A model generated the notes under the pieces. The model was not told the origin of the DNA. It saw nothing but the letters and a program-made list of their open reading frames with translations, and did no database searches. From an uncultured Gemmatimonadales bacterium (GTDB lineage: Bacteria > Gemmatimonadota > Gemmatimonadetes > Longimicrobiales > RSA9): a DNA stretch of 64,000 nt. Shown one piece after another: positions 31,948-42,201 of this stretch. Location: the NCBI GenBank assembly GCA_963783305.1, contig CAWAMW010000007.1:512001-576000 (forward strand). Reading direction: 5' to 3'. The position numbers and the translations under genes are program-made. Position 1 is the first letter of the stretch. Every line of letters starts with the position of its first letter.

Positions 31948-34421
31948 TACGAGCCACAACGAAGAAGTTCATGGAGGCGACCGCTCTTGCGGTCGCCTCC
32001 ATCGTCGCGTTCACCGCGCTCGTGCAGCCTCTGGCCGCGCAGGATCCAGTGGAGAGCGTGCAGCCGGTCCGCATCGCGGAGGTGGTGGTGGAGGGCGCGG
32101 AGCGGTTCCCGGCGGAGGAGATCCTGTCGACGGCGGGGATCCGGCTCGGCGACGAGGTAACGTTCCGTGAAATTCAGAACGCGATTCGCCGACTCTGGAC
32201 CACCCGTGAGTTCGCGGACGTCCAGGTCCTGGCGGAGGAGCTCGACCCGGCGGATCCGGCGTCGCCGGTGCGGGTGATCATCCGGGTGGAAGAGCAGCCG
32301 TTCGTAGGGTCGGTGGAGTTCCGGGGCCTCGAGCGGATCCGGCCGAGGACGGTGCAGGACAGCGTGGGGCTGCGGTCCGGAGGTCCACTGAACCCGGCGC
32401 GTGTGGTCGAAGCGGAGGCGCTGGTGCGGTCGATGCTCGCGGACGAGGGCGTCCGACTGCGAAGCATCGAGCATCGCCTGGAGCCCATCCCGGGTTCAGA
32501 CGGCCAGTTCCGGCTGGTGTTCGACGTCACGGAGGGCTCGCGCGTGGCTGTGGCGGAAGTGGTCATACAGGGCAACGAGGCCTTCGATGACGACGCCGTG
32601 CAGGATGTCATGGCCACCAAGGCGGAGGGGTTCCTCTGGACCCGGCCCGGGCTGCTGGACGAGGAGGTCCTGCGCACGGACCTCCGCCAGAACCTGCCGG
32701 AGTTCTATGGCCGGCATGGCTATATCGATTTCGAGGTGCTGGGCGACACGGTCGTCGTGGATCCCGTGACCGGGAAGGCGCGACTGGAGATCGAGGTCTC
32801 GGAAGGCCCACAGTACCGGCTCGTGGACTTCGGGGTCCGGGGGAACCGTCAGTTCCCGACCGATGAGCTGAAGGAGTATTACGAGAGCGCGCGAGGCGGC
32901 CTGCTTTCGAGCATAGGGTTCGGCGGGATCGGCGCGGAGGAGGGCCAGGTGGCCTCGCGGCAGCCCGTGTTCAACCAGGAGCGGTTCGCGCAGGCCACGG
33001 AGGACGTGAGCCAGCTCTATCGGAACCGTGGCTACCTGTACGCGCAGGTGGCGCCGTTCGTGGAGCGTACGGAGACGGCAGACGGGGAGCCGGCGGTCGA
33101 GGTCGGCTGGGAGATCGTGGAGCGGGATCCGGCCTATGTGAACCGCGTGTCCATCGTGGGGAACACGCGCACGCACGAGAACGTGATCCGCGACAGGATC
33201 TTCGTGGTGCCGGGCGACGTGTACAGCGAGGAGATGCTGATCCAGAGCTACCGGAGCGTCATGGGTCTGGGGTTCTTCGAGTCGCCCATGCCCACGCCGC
33301 GGATGGAGCAGATGCCCGATGGGGACATCGACATCATCTTCGAGGTGGAAGAGAAGCAGACCGGTACGTTCAACTTCGGCACCACGCTGGGCGGCTGGGG
33401 CGGGATCGCCGGCTTCATTGGCTTCGAGGAGCCGAACCTGTTCGGCCAGGCCAAGAACGGCCGGCTCAACTGGGAGTTCGGGCGGCGGTACAACAACTTC
33501 TCGGCGAGCTACACGGATCCGGCGATCAAGGGATCGCAGATCAGCGGGTCGGTCTCGCTCTTCAGCACGAAACAGAACCGCTTCTTCAACTTCCCGGAAG
33601 GCGAGCGACGGAACACGGGTGCGTCGGTGCGGTTCGGGCTTCCGTTCCCCATGGACCGGCGCTACAGCCGGATCTTCCTGGGGTACCAGCTGTCGCGGAC
33701 CTCGTATGCCAACTTCGGCGATGACAGCGGGGACATCTTCAACCAGCCGTCGGGCGTGCTCAGCACGGCGTCGCTCTCGCTGATGCGGAACACCCTGGAC
33801 AACCCCACCTTCCCGACGGTGGGGACGCGCCATGAGCTGCGGGCGGAGCTGAGCGGCGGACCGCTCGGCGGGGACGGTGCTCTCCAGAAGTACACGGCCA
33901 ACGGGCAGTGGTGGGCGCCGGTGGGCGAGTTCGGCGGCGGGGCGCCGGGCGTGCGTCCGGTCCGGATGACGCTGGGTCTACAGGCGGAGACGGGGGCCCT
34001 CTTCGGGGACGCGGCGTCGCTGGACCGGTTCCCGTTCGAGCAGTTCTGGATGGGTGGTGTGCAGTTCGGTCAACGCGTGCGTGGCTACGACGAGACCAGC
34101 ATCACACCGCTGGGGTACATCCCCCGGCAGACGGTCTCGAACGTCCAGCTGTCGGACCGTCTGGGCACCGCATTCGTACGGTTGAGTGCCGAGTACGCCG
34201 TCCGGTTCAACGCCAACATCTCCGTCTCGGCCTTTGCGGACGCCGGCGGAATGTGGAATGACCCGCTCGCGGTGAACCCCACGCGTCTTTTCCGCGGCGC
34301 TGGCTTAGGGCTCCAGCTGGTCACGCCATTTGGACCAATGGGGCTGGATTACGGGTATGGATTCGACAAGACGGAGCCCGGGTGGCAGCTGCACTTCACG
34401 TTCGGGCAGCAGGGCTTCTAG
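31944..34421 (+). CDS. bamA: Outer membrane protein assembly factor BamA
   Basis: POTRA repeats ([11 protein letters not shown]), VRGY loop-6 motif, [13 protein letters not shown]. Confidence 0.95.
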   Translation: MIRATTKKFMEATALAVASIVAFTALVQPLAAQDPVESVQPVRIAEVVVEGAERFPAEEILSTAGIRLGDEVTFREIQNAIRRLWTTREFADVQVLAEELDPADPASPVRVIIRVEEQPFVGSVEFRGLERIRPRTVQDSVGLRSGGPLNPARVVEAEALVRSMLADEGVRLRSIEHRLEPIPGSDGQFRLVFDVTEGSRVAVAEVVIQGNEAFDDDAVQDVMATKAEGFLWTRPGLLDEEVLRTDLRQNLPEFYGRHGYIDFEVLGDTVVVDPVTGKARLEIEVSEGPQYRLVDFGVRGNRQFPTDELKEYYESARGGLLSSIGFGGIGAEEGQVASRQPVFNQERFAQATEDVSQLYRNRGYLYAQVAPFVERTETADGEPAVEVGWEIVERDPAYVNRVSIVGNTRTHENVIRDRIFVVPGDVYSEEMLIQSYRSVMGLGFFESPMPTPRMEQMPDGDIDIIFEVEEKQTGTFNFGTTLGGWGGIAGFIGFEEPNLFGQAKNGRLNWEFGRRYNNFSASYTDPAIKGSQISGSVSLFSTKQNRFFNFPEGERRNTGASVRFGLPFPMDRRYSRIFLGYQLSRTSYANFGDDSGDIFNQPSGVLSTASLSLMRNTLDNPTFPTVGTRHELRAELSGGPLGGDGALQKYTANGQWWAPVGEFGGGAPGVRPVRMTLGLQAETGALFGDAASLDRFPFEQFWMGGVQFGQRVRGYDETSITPLGYIPRQTVSNVQLSDRLGTAFVRLSAEYAVRFNANISVSAFADAGGMWNDPLAVNPTRLFRGAGLGLQLVTPFGPMGLDYGYGFDKTEPGWQLHFTFGQQGF

Positions 34422-34467
34422 GCCCAGACCGGCGCAGACCGGATCAAACAGTTCGAAAGGCAGATTG

Positions 34468-34998
34468 ATGATGAAGGCATTGTTTCGTTCGACGCTCGCA
34501 CTGATCGCGCTGGTCGTGGCCACATCGGGACCGGTGGCCGCGCAGCAGGTGACGATCGTATACCTGGACTCGGAGCGGCTCCGGCAGGAGGCGCCCGAGC
34601 TGCAGACGGCGCGTCAGGAGATGCAGGAGCAAATGGCGCAGCTGGAGGCGCGGGCGGACAGCGCGCTGGCGCCGCTCCAGACGGAGCTCCAGCGGCTGGT
34701 GGTGGAGTTCCAGCAGCAGCAGGGAGTGATGTCGCAGGAGCAGCGGCAGGAGCGGCAGGCGGAGCTCCAGCGGAGGCAGACGGAGCTGCAAAGGGCCGGT
34801 GCCGAGTGGGAGCAGCGCGCCGGGCAGGTGCAGAGCCAGATCCTGGCGCCCGCGCTGACGCGGGTGAACGAGGTGATCGACGCGCTGAGGGCGGAGCGGG
34901 GCTACAGCTACATCCTGGACTCGGCAGCGGGCGGGGTGGTTGCGGCGGACCCCGCTCTGGATATCACCGACGAGGTCCTGAGCCGCCTTGGCGGCTAA
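34468..34998 (+). CDS. skp: Periplasmic chaperone Skp/OmpH
   Basis: Signal peptide, coiled coil, GYSYILD...DITDEVL; position after bamA. Confidence 0.9.
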   Translation: MMKALFRSTLALIALVVATSGPVAAQQVTIVYLDSERLRQEAPELQTARQEMQEQMAQLEARADSALAPLQTELQRLVVEFQQQQGVMSQEQRQERQAELQRRQTELQRAGAEWEQRAGQVQSQILAPALTRVNEVIDALRAERGYSYILDSAAGGVVAADPALDITDEVLSRLGG

Positions 34999-35046
34999 CG
35001 CCGGCGTCGTGATCAGAGACGCTCGGGATACGGGAGATCGGAGGCA

Positions 35047-36072
35047 GTGAACGCCTCCGAGATCGCCCGGCTGCTCGATGGCGAGCTCGAAGGGGGAGCC
35101 GACCCGGAAATCCGGGGCGCGGCTCCCCTTGATCGTGCGGGCCCGGAGGACTTTTCCCTCGTTGCCCGCGCCCGATACCTGCCCTACGTTGCCGATTCGG
35201 ACGCGGGTCTCCTGCTGGTAACGAGGGAGCTTGCGGGTCGAGTGCCCCCCCACCGGCCCACGATCGTCGTGGATGATGTACACGCGGCGCTGGTGAGGCT
35301 CCTGCCGCGCCTCTATCCCGAGCCGGCGCCCGAGCCCGGGGTCCACGCGAGTGCGATCGTGGCCGATGACGTGCACCTGGGCGATGGCGTCAGTGTGGGA
35401 CCGTGCACCGTAATCGGTGCGGGAACGCGGGTCGGGGATCGTGTGCGCATCGGGGCGGGCGTGGTGGTGGGGGCCGGGTGCGACCTGGCGGACGATGTCG
35501 TCCTGCACGCGCAGGTCACCCTGTACGATGGCTGTCGGCTCGGCGCGCGAACGATCGTACATTCCGGCGCGCGGCTCGGGGTGGACGGCTTCGGATTCGC
35601 GGCCGTGGGTGGCGTCCCGAGAAAGATCCCGCAGGTGGGCGGCTGCGTGATCGGTTCCGACGTGGAGATCGGGGCCAACGTGACCATCGACCGGGGTTCC
35701 ATCGGCACGACGGAGATCGGCGACCACGTGAAGATCGACAATCTGGTGCAGATCGGACACAACACGCGGATCGGAGCCGGATCGATCATCGTGGCGCAGG
35801 TGGGGATCTCCGGAAGCACGCAGCTGGGGCGCGGAGTGACCGTGGGTGGGCAGGCGGGTCTCGGGGGGCACGTGGAGGTGGGGGACGGCGCCACGGTCGC
35901 GGCGCAGGCGGGAGTGTTCGGCAGCATTCCGGCAGGTGAGACGTGGAGTGGCTACCCCGCGCGACCGCACCGCGAGTCGCTGCGCGGGCATGCGGAAGTG
36001 GCACGACTGAAGGAGCTCCGGGACCGGGTTCGGGAGCTGGAACGGCAGATCGAAGAACTGGGCAAGGAATGA
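35047..36072 (+). CDS. lpxD: UDP-3-O-acyl-glucosamine N-acyltransferase
   Basis: Hexapeptide repeats, [16 protein letters not shown]. Confidence 0.96.
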   Translation: MNASEIARLLDGELEGGADPEIRGAAPLDRAGPEDFSLVARARYLPYVADSDAGLLLVTRELAGRVPPHRPTIVVDDVHAALVRLLPRLYPEPAPEPGVHASAIVADDVHLGDGVSVGPCTVIGAGTRVGDRVRIGAGVVVGAGCDLADDVVLHAQVTLYDGCRLGARTIVHSGARLGVDGFGFAAVGGVPRKIPQVGGCVIGSDVEIGANVTIDRGSIGTTEIGDHVKIDNLVQIGHNTRIGAGSIIVAQVGISGSTQLGRGVTVGGQAGLGGHVEVGDGATVAAQAGVFGSIPAGETWSGYPARPHRESLRGHAEVARLKELRDRVRELERQIEELGKE

Positions 36073-37349
36073 GCGAAGAAAAACAGCAGACATTGGGACG
36101 GACCATCGAGCTTGCGGGGGTGGGTATCCATACGGGGGAAGCCGCCTCGGTGCGATTCCTCCCGGCCCGGCCGGACACCGGCATTCGTTTCCGCAGGGTG
36201 GACCTGGAAGGCACGCCGGAGATCCCGGCCACGCTGGAGAACGTGCGAGGCACGGACCTGGGCACCACTCTGGCCGTGGATGGGGCGGAAGCGCGAACGG
36301 TGGAGCACGTCCTCTGTGCGATCGCCGGGCTCCAGGTCGACAACGTGGTCGTCGAGCTGCGTGGACCGGAGGTCCCGATCATGGATGGCAGCTTTCGCCC
36401 GTTCGTGGACGCGCTCCGGGAGGCCGGGATCGAGGTTCAGGACGCGGAGGCCCGGGTGTGGGAGCTCTCGAAGCCGGTGAGCTTGGACGGCCCCAACGGC
36501 GGGCACTACGTCTGTGCTCCGGCGCCCGACCTCCGGATCTCCGCGACGATCGAGTTCGACCATCCCGCGATTGGACGACAGTTCGCGTCGTTCAACATCG
36601 ACGACACCTTCGCGGACGAGCTCGCACCGGCCCGCACCTTCGGGTTCATGAAGGACAAGGACGAGCTCCAGAAGAGGGGGCTGGCGCGGGGGGCGACGCT
36701 GGAGAACACGGTGGTGCTGGACACGGACGGGGTGGCGACCGCGGGGCTCCGGTTCCCCGATGAGTTCGTTCGCCACAAGATCGGTGATGTGGTAGGGGAC
36801 CTGGCGGTCCTGGGCGGCCGGGTCCGGGGCCACGTGGTGGCGGAGCGGCCGAGCCATGCAGGGAACTTCGAGCTGGCGAAGGCGATCCGCGGGTCGGCCA
36901 CCCGGGGCGGGGAGGGGGTGGTGGACATCACCAAGATCATGGAGTACCTCCCCCACCGTTTCCCGATGCTGCTGGTGGACCGGATCACGGATTTCGAGAC
37001 GGGGAAGCGGGTCCGCGCCATCAAGAACGTCACGATCAACGAACCCTTCTTCCAGGGCCACTATCCAGGACACCCGATCATGCCGGGTGTGCTGATCATC
37101 GAGGGGATGGCGCAGGCGGGGGGCCTCCTCCTGATGGACGTCATCGAGAACCCGGAGGACAAGGTCGTCTACTTCATGACCATGGACAAGGTGAAGTGGC
37201 GCCGGCCTGTGACGCCGGGGGACCAGCTGGTGTTCGAGCTGGAGATGCTGCAGTTCCGGCGGCACGTCTGCCGGATGAAGGGGCAGGCATTCGTGGACGG
37301 CCAGCTCGTGGCGGAAGCCGAGCTGATGGCCAGGATCGTGGACCGCTGA
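36069..37349 (+). CDS. lpxC-fabZ: Bifunctional LpxC deacetylase / FabZ dehydratase
   Basis: GVGIHTG, TVEH, HKIGD (LpxC) fused to [29 protein letters not shown] (FabZ). Confidence 0.95.
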   Translation: MSEEKQQTLGRTIELAGVGIHTGEAASVRFLPARPDTGIRFRRVDLEGTPEIPATLENVRGTDLGTTLAVDGAEARTVEHVLCAIAGLQVDNVVVELRGPEVPIMDGSFRPFVDALREAGIEVQDAEARVWELSKPVSLDGPNGGHYVCAPAPDLRISATIEFDHPAIGRQFASFNIDDTFADELAPARTFGFMKDKDELQKRGLARGATLENTVVLDTDGVATAGLRFPDEFVRHKIGDVVGDLAVLGGRVRGHVVAERPSHAGNFELAKAIRGSATRGGEGVVDITKIMEYLPHRFPMLLVDRITDFETGKRVRAIKNVTINEPFFQGHYPGHPIMPGVLIIEGMAQAGGLLLMDVIENPEDKVVYFMTMDKVKWRRPVTPGDQLVFELEMLQFRRHVCRMKGQAFVDGQLVAEAELMARIVDR

Positions 37350-38158
37350 TGAGCGAGAAGACGGTGGGCACACGAACTCCGCTCTGGACGGGGATCCATT
37401 CCGCAGCGGTAATCCACGAGGATGCGCAGCTCGCGCCCGACGTGAGCGTTGGACCGGGTGCCGTGATCGGTCCGGGCGTCGTCATCGGCAGCGGGACCAC
37501 GGTGGGCTCGAACGCACTGATCGAACGCGACACGATCGTCGGTGAAGGGTGCACCATCGCGCATGGCGCGGCGCTCGGGACCGACCCGCAGGACCTCAAG
37601 TTCGGGGGCGAGGAGACGCACCTCGTGGTGGGAGACCGGACGACGATTCGGGAGTATGCCACGCTCAACCGGGGCACCAGCGCCTCGGGCCGGACCGTAG
37701 TGGGCTCGGACTGCCTCATCATGGCGTACGCTCACATCGCGCATGACTGCCATATCGGTGAGCGAGTGGTGCTCGCGAATGCGGTGAACATGGGAGGTCA
37801 CGTCACCATCGGCGACTGGGCCATCATAGGCGGCATGACGCCCATTCATCAGTTCGTCCGGATCGGTGAGCACGCCTTCGTGGGCGGCGCATCCCGGGTC
37901 CACAAGGACGTGCCGCCGTACATCCGTGCGGCGGGCAACCCCATGGAAATGGCGGGACTGAACAGCGTGGGTCTCAGGCGGCGCGGGTTCAGCCACGAGG
38001 CGCGGCGGGAGCTGAAGCGAGCGTATCGGATCATCTTTGCGTCGGATCTGAATCTCACGCAGGCGCTGGAGCGGGCGCGTGAGGAACTGGAGCCGCTGCC
38101 GGAGGTGCAGACGCTGCTCGGCTTCTTCGAGGGCAGCCAGCGGGGCGTGGCACTGTGA
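37349..38158 (+). CDS. lpxA: Acyl-ACP--UDP-GlcNAc acyltransferase
   Basis: PQDLKF, HIAHDC, HQFVRIG, KDVPPY, GLNSVGLRRRG. Confidence 0.96.
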   Translation: MSEKTVGTRTPLWTGIHSAAVIHEDAQLAPDVSVGPGAVIGPGVVIGSGTTVGSNALIERDTIVGEGCTIAHGAALGTDPQDLKFGGEETHLVVGDRTTIREYATLNRGTSASGRTVVGSDCLIMAYAHIAHDCHIGERVVLANAVNMGGHVTIGDWAIIGGMTPIHQFVRIGEHAFVGGASRVHKDVPPYIRAAGNPMEMAGLNSVGLRRRGFSHEARRELKRAYRIIFASDLNLTQALERAREELEPLPEVQTLLGFFEGSQRGVAL

Positions 38159-39150
38159 GCGGCCCGCTCCGCCTGGGGGTGGCGGGTGTCGGCAGCCTGG
38201 GGTTCCACCATGCCCGAATCGGGCGGGAGCTGGAGGGTGTGGGTTTCGCCGGTGTGTACGACACGGACGCCCAGCGGCGGGCCGAGGTGGCCGACAAGCT
38301 GGAAGTGAAGGCGCACGATCATCTCGACGCGTTGATCGAGGAGGCCGACGCGCTGGTGATCGCGGTACCGACCCGGGCCCACGAGGACGTGGCGCTGCGG
38401 GCGATCGAGGCGGGGCTGCATGTGCTGATCGAGAAGCCGATCGCGCCGTCGCTGGAGGCCGCGGATGCCATTCTGGCGGCGGCGGAGCGGGCCGGCACGA
38501 TGGTACAGATCGGGCACGTCGAGCGCTTCAACGGTGCGATCCGCGCGGCCGAGCCGTACCTGGACGAGCTGCTGTTCGTGGAGAGTCACAGGCTGGCACC
38601 GTTCGGTCCACGGGGCACGGACGTGGCGGTCGTGCTGGACCTGATGATCCACGATCTCGATCTCGTCATGAGCCTGGCCAGAAGGCCCGTGACCGCGATC
38701 GCGGCTGCGGGGATCCCGGTGCTGAGCCCGAGTCCCGATATTGCGAACGCGCGGATCGAGTTCGAGGGCGGCGGCGTGGCGAACCTGACGGCGAGTCGTG
38801 TCTCCATGGAGCGGCTGCGGAAGTTCCGCTTCTTCCAGCCCTCCGGCTATCTCAGCCTGGACCTGGCGGCGGGACGCGGTGAGTTCCTGCGGCTGAAGGA
38901 AGGGGTCCGGCTCGAGCCGGGCAGCCACATGACGGCAGAGAGCCTGCTGAGCGTGGTGGAGCGAATCGAGATCGTCGGGGACGGAGGGGAGCCGCTCCGG
39001 GTGGAGCTGGCGGCGTTCGTGGCCGCTGTGGGGGGCGAGGCTCCGGTGAAGGTATCGGGTGCCGACGGCCGGCGAGCGCTGGCCGTCGCGCTGGAAATCA
39101 TGGACCGCATCGATCACCATGTCGCTACTACGAATACGGCGCGAGCGTAA
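38155..39150 (+). CDS. Gfo/Idh/MocA oxidoreductase, probable GnnA-type UDP-GlcNAc 3-dehydrogenase
   Basis: GVGSLG, EKP, GHVERFN, DLMIHDLD; located between lpxA and lpxB. Confidence 0.85.
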   Translation: MSGPLRLGVAGVGSLGFHHARIGRELEGVGFAGVYDTDAQRRAEVADKLEVKAHDHLDALIEEADALVIAVPTRAHEDVALRAIEAGLHVLIEKPIAPSLEAADAILAAAERAGTMVQIGHVERFNGAIRAAEPYLDELLFVESHRLAPFGPRGTDVAVVLDLMIHDLDLVMSLARRPVTAIAAAGIPVLSPSPDIANARIEFEGGGVANLTASRVSMERLRKFRFFQPSGYLSLDLAAGRGEFLRLKEGVRLEPGSHMTAESLLSVVERIEIVGDGGEPLRVELAAFVAAVGGEAPVKVSGADGRRALAVALEIMDRIDHHVATTNTARA

Positions 39151-39160
39151 AGAGCAGTCC

Positions 39161-39253
39161 ATGGGGCCGTACCGCCCCCCACGTCTCACGAAGCTCCTCA
39201 TCGGACTCGCGGTCGTCGCGCTCGCCATCTGGTATCTCTCCGGCCTCGGCTGA
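39161..39253 (+). CDS. 30-aa single-pass membrane peptide
   Basis: MGPYRPPRLTKLLIGLAVVALAIWYLSGLG; fills the gap and its TGA overlaps the lpxB ATG (TGATG). Confidence 0.65.
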   Translation: MGPYRPPRLTKLLIGLAVVALAIWYLSGLG

Positions 39254-40389
39254 TGGCCGACAGCCCCACGATCTTCCTGTCGGCTGGCGAGCCGTCGGGT
39301 GACCTGCACGGCGCGGCCGTGGCCCGGGCTCTCCGGATGCGCTGGCCAGAGGCGCGGCTGATCGGCCTGGCCGGGCCGCGTATGAAGGCGGAGGGCGTAG
39401 AGCCCCTCGTCCCATTCCAGCGTCTCGCGGTCATGGGCTTCGTGGAGGTTCTCCGGGACCTACCGTTCTTCATGCGGCTGCTGCGCCGGGCCGCGGGTGT
39501 GCTGCGCGAGGAGGGGGTGGACCTGGTGATCCCCATCGACTACCCGGGCTTCAACCTGCGGCTGGCGGCGCGGGCCGCGGGTATGGATGTACCCGTCCTG
39601 TACTACATCGCGCCCCAGGTGTGGGCGTGGCACCGGAGCCGTGCGGCGCGGCTGGCGACCATCGCAGACCGCCTGGCGGTCATCCTCCCGTTCGAGGAGG
39701 AAGTATTCGCGGAGCACGGTGCCGAGGTTCGGTTCGTGGGCCATCCTCTGGTGGACGAGCGCGGACCGACCGTATCGCGCGAGTCGTTCTGCGAGGGGTT
39801 GGGGCTCGACCCAGATCGTCGGATCCTCGCTCTGTTTCCGGGCTCGCGGGCCCAGGAGGTGGAGCGGCACCTGCAGATCTTCGTGGAGGCCGCGCAGAAG
39901 GTGGTGGAGGCGCGCTGGCACCTACAGCCGGTGATCGCCCGTGCCACAGACGTGGATGAAGCGGCCTACGCGGATGTCCCGTTCCCCGTGACCACCGACG
40001 GCCGGTCGCTGCTTTCGCACGCCCACGTGGCTCTGGTTAAATCCGGGACCACCACTCTGGAGACGGCCCTCGCCGGTGTGCCCATGGTGATCGCGTACCG
40101 CACGAACCCCCTGACGTTCTGGCTGGCGCGGCGGCTCGTGCAGGTGGAGCATGTGGGACTGGCGAACCTCGTGGCGGGCCGGCGAGTGGCGCCGGAACTC
40201 CTCCAGGACGAGGCGACGCCGGACGCCCTCGCGAGTGCCCTCCTGCCACTGGTGGATGAGGGGCCGGCCCGGCGGCAGGCGCTGAGCGGCCTTCATTCGG
40301 TCCAGGAGTCGCTCCGGCGGGAGGACGGCGCCACGGCGGCGGGCGGCGTGGCGGATCTGGCGGCCGAGATCCTGGAGGGCGCGGAATGA
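39253..40389 (+). CDS. lpxB: Lipid A disaccharide synthase
   Basis: AGEPSGDLHGA, IDYPGFN, PQVWAW, FVGHPL, FPGSR, SGTTTLE. Confidence 0.96.
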   Translation: MADSPTIFLSAGEPSGDLHGAAVARALRMRWPEARLIGLAGPRMKAEGVEPLVPFQRLAVMGFVEVLRDLPFFMRLLRRAAGVLREEGVDLVIPIDYPGFNLRLAARAAGMDVPVLYYIAPQVWAWHRSRAARLATIADRLAVILPFEEEVFAEHGAEVRFVGHPLVDERGPTVSRESFCEGLGLDPDRRILALFPGSRAQEVERHLQIFVEAAQKVVEARWHLQPVIARATDVDEAAYADVPFPVTTDGRSLLSHAHVALVKSGTTTLETALAGVPMVIAYRTNPLTFWLARRLVQVEHVGLANLVAGRRVAPELLQDEATPDALASALLPLVDEGPARRQALSGLHSVQESLRREDGATAAGGVADLAAEILEGAE

Positions 40390-41036
40390 AGCTGCGCTTC
40401 TGGCTCGCGGGCACGGTCGGCCGCCGGCTGGTGGACGCTCTGATGGCGAGCCTCCGGTTCAGCGCGGAGGGAGCCGAAGGTTATGAGTCGTTGGCGGCGG
40501 AGGGTCAATCCGTCATATTCGCGGTATGGCATGGCCGGCTGCTGCCATTGACCTACTACCATCGGCATCGGAACATCACCGCAATCATCAGCCGTTCCGA
40601 AGACGGCGAGTACATCGCCCGCGTAGTGGAGGGCTGGGGATACCGGACGGTGCGCGGCTCCACAAGTCGGGGTGGCAGCAGCGCGCTCCGGTCGCTGGTG
40701 AAGGCAGCCCGGGCCGGCGAATCGCTGGCGATCACCCCGGACGGACCGCGGGGACCGCGGCAGCAGCTGCAGCCCGGCGTCATCACCGCCGCCCAGCTCA
40801 CGGGGCTCCCCATCATCCCCCTCGCGTGCGGCGCCGCGCGGGCGTGGTGGCCGGGCGGGTGGGACAGATTCTGCGTACCCAAGCCTTTCACCCGGGTCCG
40901 CGTGATGTACGGAACGCCGCGCCGGGTGGCGCGCGACGCGTCGGAGTCGGAGCTTCGACGTCACGCGCAAGAGCTCGAACAGGAGATGAACGAGATGATC
41001 CGGGAGGCGGACAGAGATGGCGGACCGAGCCGATAA
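40386..41036 (+). CDS. DUF374 lysophospholipid acyltransferase family (LpxJ-like)
   Basis: WHGR, ISRSEDGE, VRGSTSRGG, TPDGPRGP. Confidence 0.88.
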   Translation: MKLRFWLAGTVGRRLVDALMASLRFSAEGAEGYESLAAEGQSVIFAVWHGRLLPLTYYHRHRNITAIISRSEDGEYIARVVEGWGYRTVRGSTSRGGSSALRSLVKAARAGESLAITPDGPRGPRQQLQPGVITAAQLTGLPIIPLACGAARAWWPGGWDRFCVPKPFTRVRVMYGTPRRVARDASESELRRHAQELEQEMNEMIREADRDGGPSR

Positions 41037-42201
41037 CGGGGCGGCCGAACGGCAGCTCTCCGGCTCCGCCGCGCCGCTTCCGGAGCCCGCGGAGAAGGCC
41101 GGGCCGGAGTCTGGCCCGGGCGCCGGCGCAGAGCCTGACCCGGAGCCGAAGTCGGTGGGGCCGGAGGGTGGTGGCGCCCCCCCCGCGAGCGGGGAGCGCC
41201 TGGGGCCGGCGGACGTCGTGCACCGGCTGTGGGAGGGGGAGGGCGGTCTGGGTGGCCGCCTGCTGGGCGCGCTTCTGACGCCCGCCGAGGTGGGCTTCCG
41301 TTCCGTGGTTCGGGCCCGGGATGTGGTGTACCAAACGGGGATCGCCCGTGCGGATGCGCCGCCGGTCCCCGCGATCAGCGTGGGCAACATCACGGTGGGC
41401 GGAACAGGGAAGACGCCCATGGTGCGGTGGCTGGTCCGCCGGCTGGTGGAGCGCCGCTGGACCCCGGGGATCCTCCATGGCGGCTATGCCGAGGATGAGC
41501 CCATGCTACACCGCCGCTGGTTCCCTGATCTCCCCGTGGTGGCCGACCGTGACCGTCTCCGCGGAGCGGGCACGGCCATGGAGCAGGGAGCGGACGTGCT
41601 GGTGCTCGATGACGCGTTCCAGCATCGTCGGTTCGGTCGCGACCTGGACATTGTTCTGGTCTCGGCGGAGGCGTGGACGCCCGACGCCCGCCTGCTCCCA
41701 CGCGGACCGTACCGTGAGCCGCCGCGAGCGCTCCGGCGGGCCGACATCATCATCATTACGCGCCGCACCATGGGCGCCGCGGAGGCCGCCCGCGTGGAAG
41801 TGGAGGTGGCCCGGATCTCCGGTCGACAGACGGCTCGGGTGCACCTGCGGCCGGGCCCATGGCTGGACCCGTCGCTGCGCCGGCGGCAGGGTGCCCCCAT
41901 CGGGCCGGCCCTCGCCGTCGCGGGTGTGGGCCGGCCGGACGACTTCTTCGATCAGGCGGAGGAAGCGGGGGCGCGGCTGGTGGACGCCATTGCGTTCCCG
42001 GATCACCATCCGTACACCTCCGCCGAGGTCGCGGCGCTCCTGAAAGAGGCGGCGGGACGACCGATCGTCACCACGGCGAAGGACGTGGTGAAGCTGGCGC
42101 CTCGCATGAAGAACGCGGACCTCTGGGTGCTCGAGCAGGATGTGGCCTTCGAGAGCGGTCGGGACTGGCTTTTGAGAGCGGTGGATGTGGTGCTGACGTG
42201 A
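41017..42201 (+). CDS. lpxK: Tetraacyldisaccharide 4'-kinase
   Basis: VGNITVGGTGKTP, LDDAFQH, LLPRGPYRE, FPDHH, TTAKD; Pro/Gly-rich N-terminal extension, start uncertain. Confidence 0.93.
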   Translation: MADRADNGAAERQLSGSAAPLPEPAEKAGPESGPGAGAEPDPEPKSVGPEGGGAPPASGERLGPADVVHRLWEGEGGLGGRLLGALLTPAEVGFRSVVRARDVVYQTGIARADAPPVPAISVGNITVGGTGKTPMVRWLVRRLVERRWTPGILHGGYAEDEPMLHRRWFPDLPVVADRDRLRGAGTAMEQGADVLVLDDAFQHRRFGRDLDIVLVSAEAWTPDARLLPRGPYREPPRALRRADIIIITRRTMGAAEAARVEVEVARISGRQTARVHLRPGPWLDPSLRRRQGAPIGPALAVAGVGRPDDFFDQAEEAGARLVDAIAFPDHHPYTSAEVAALLKEAAGRPIVTTAKDVVKLAPRMKNADLWVLEQDVAFESGRDWLLRAVDVVLT

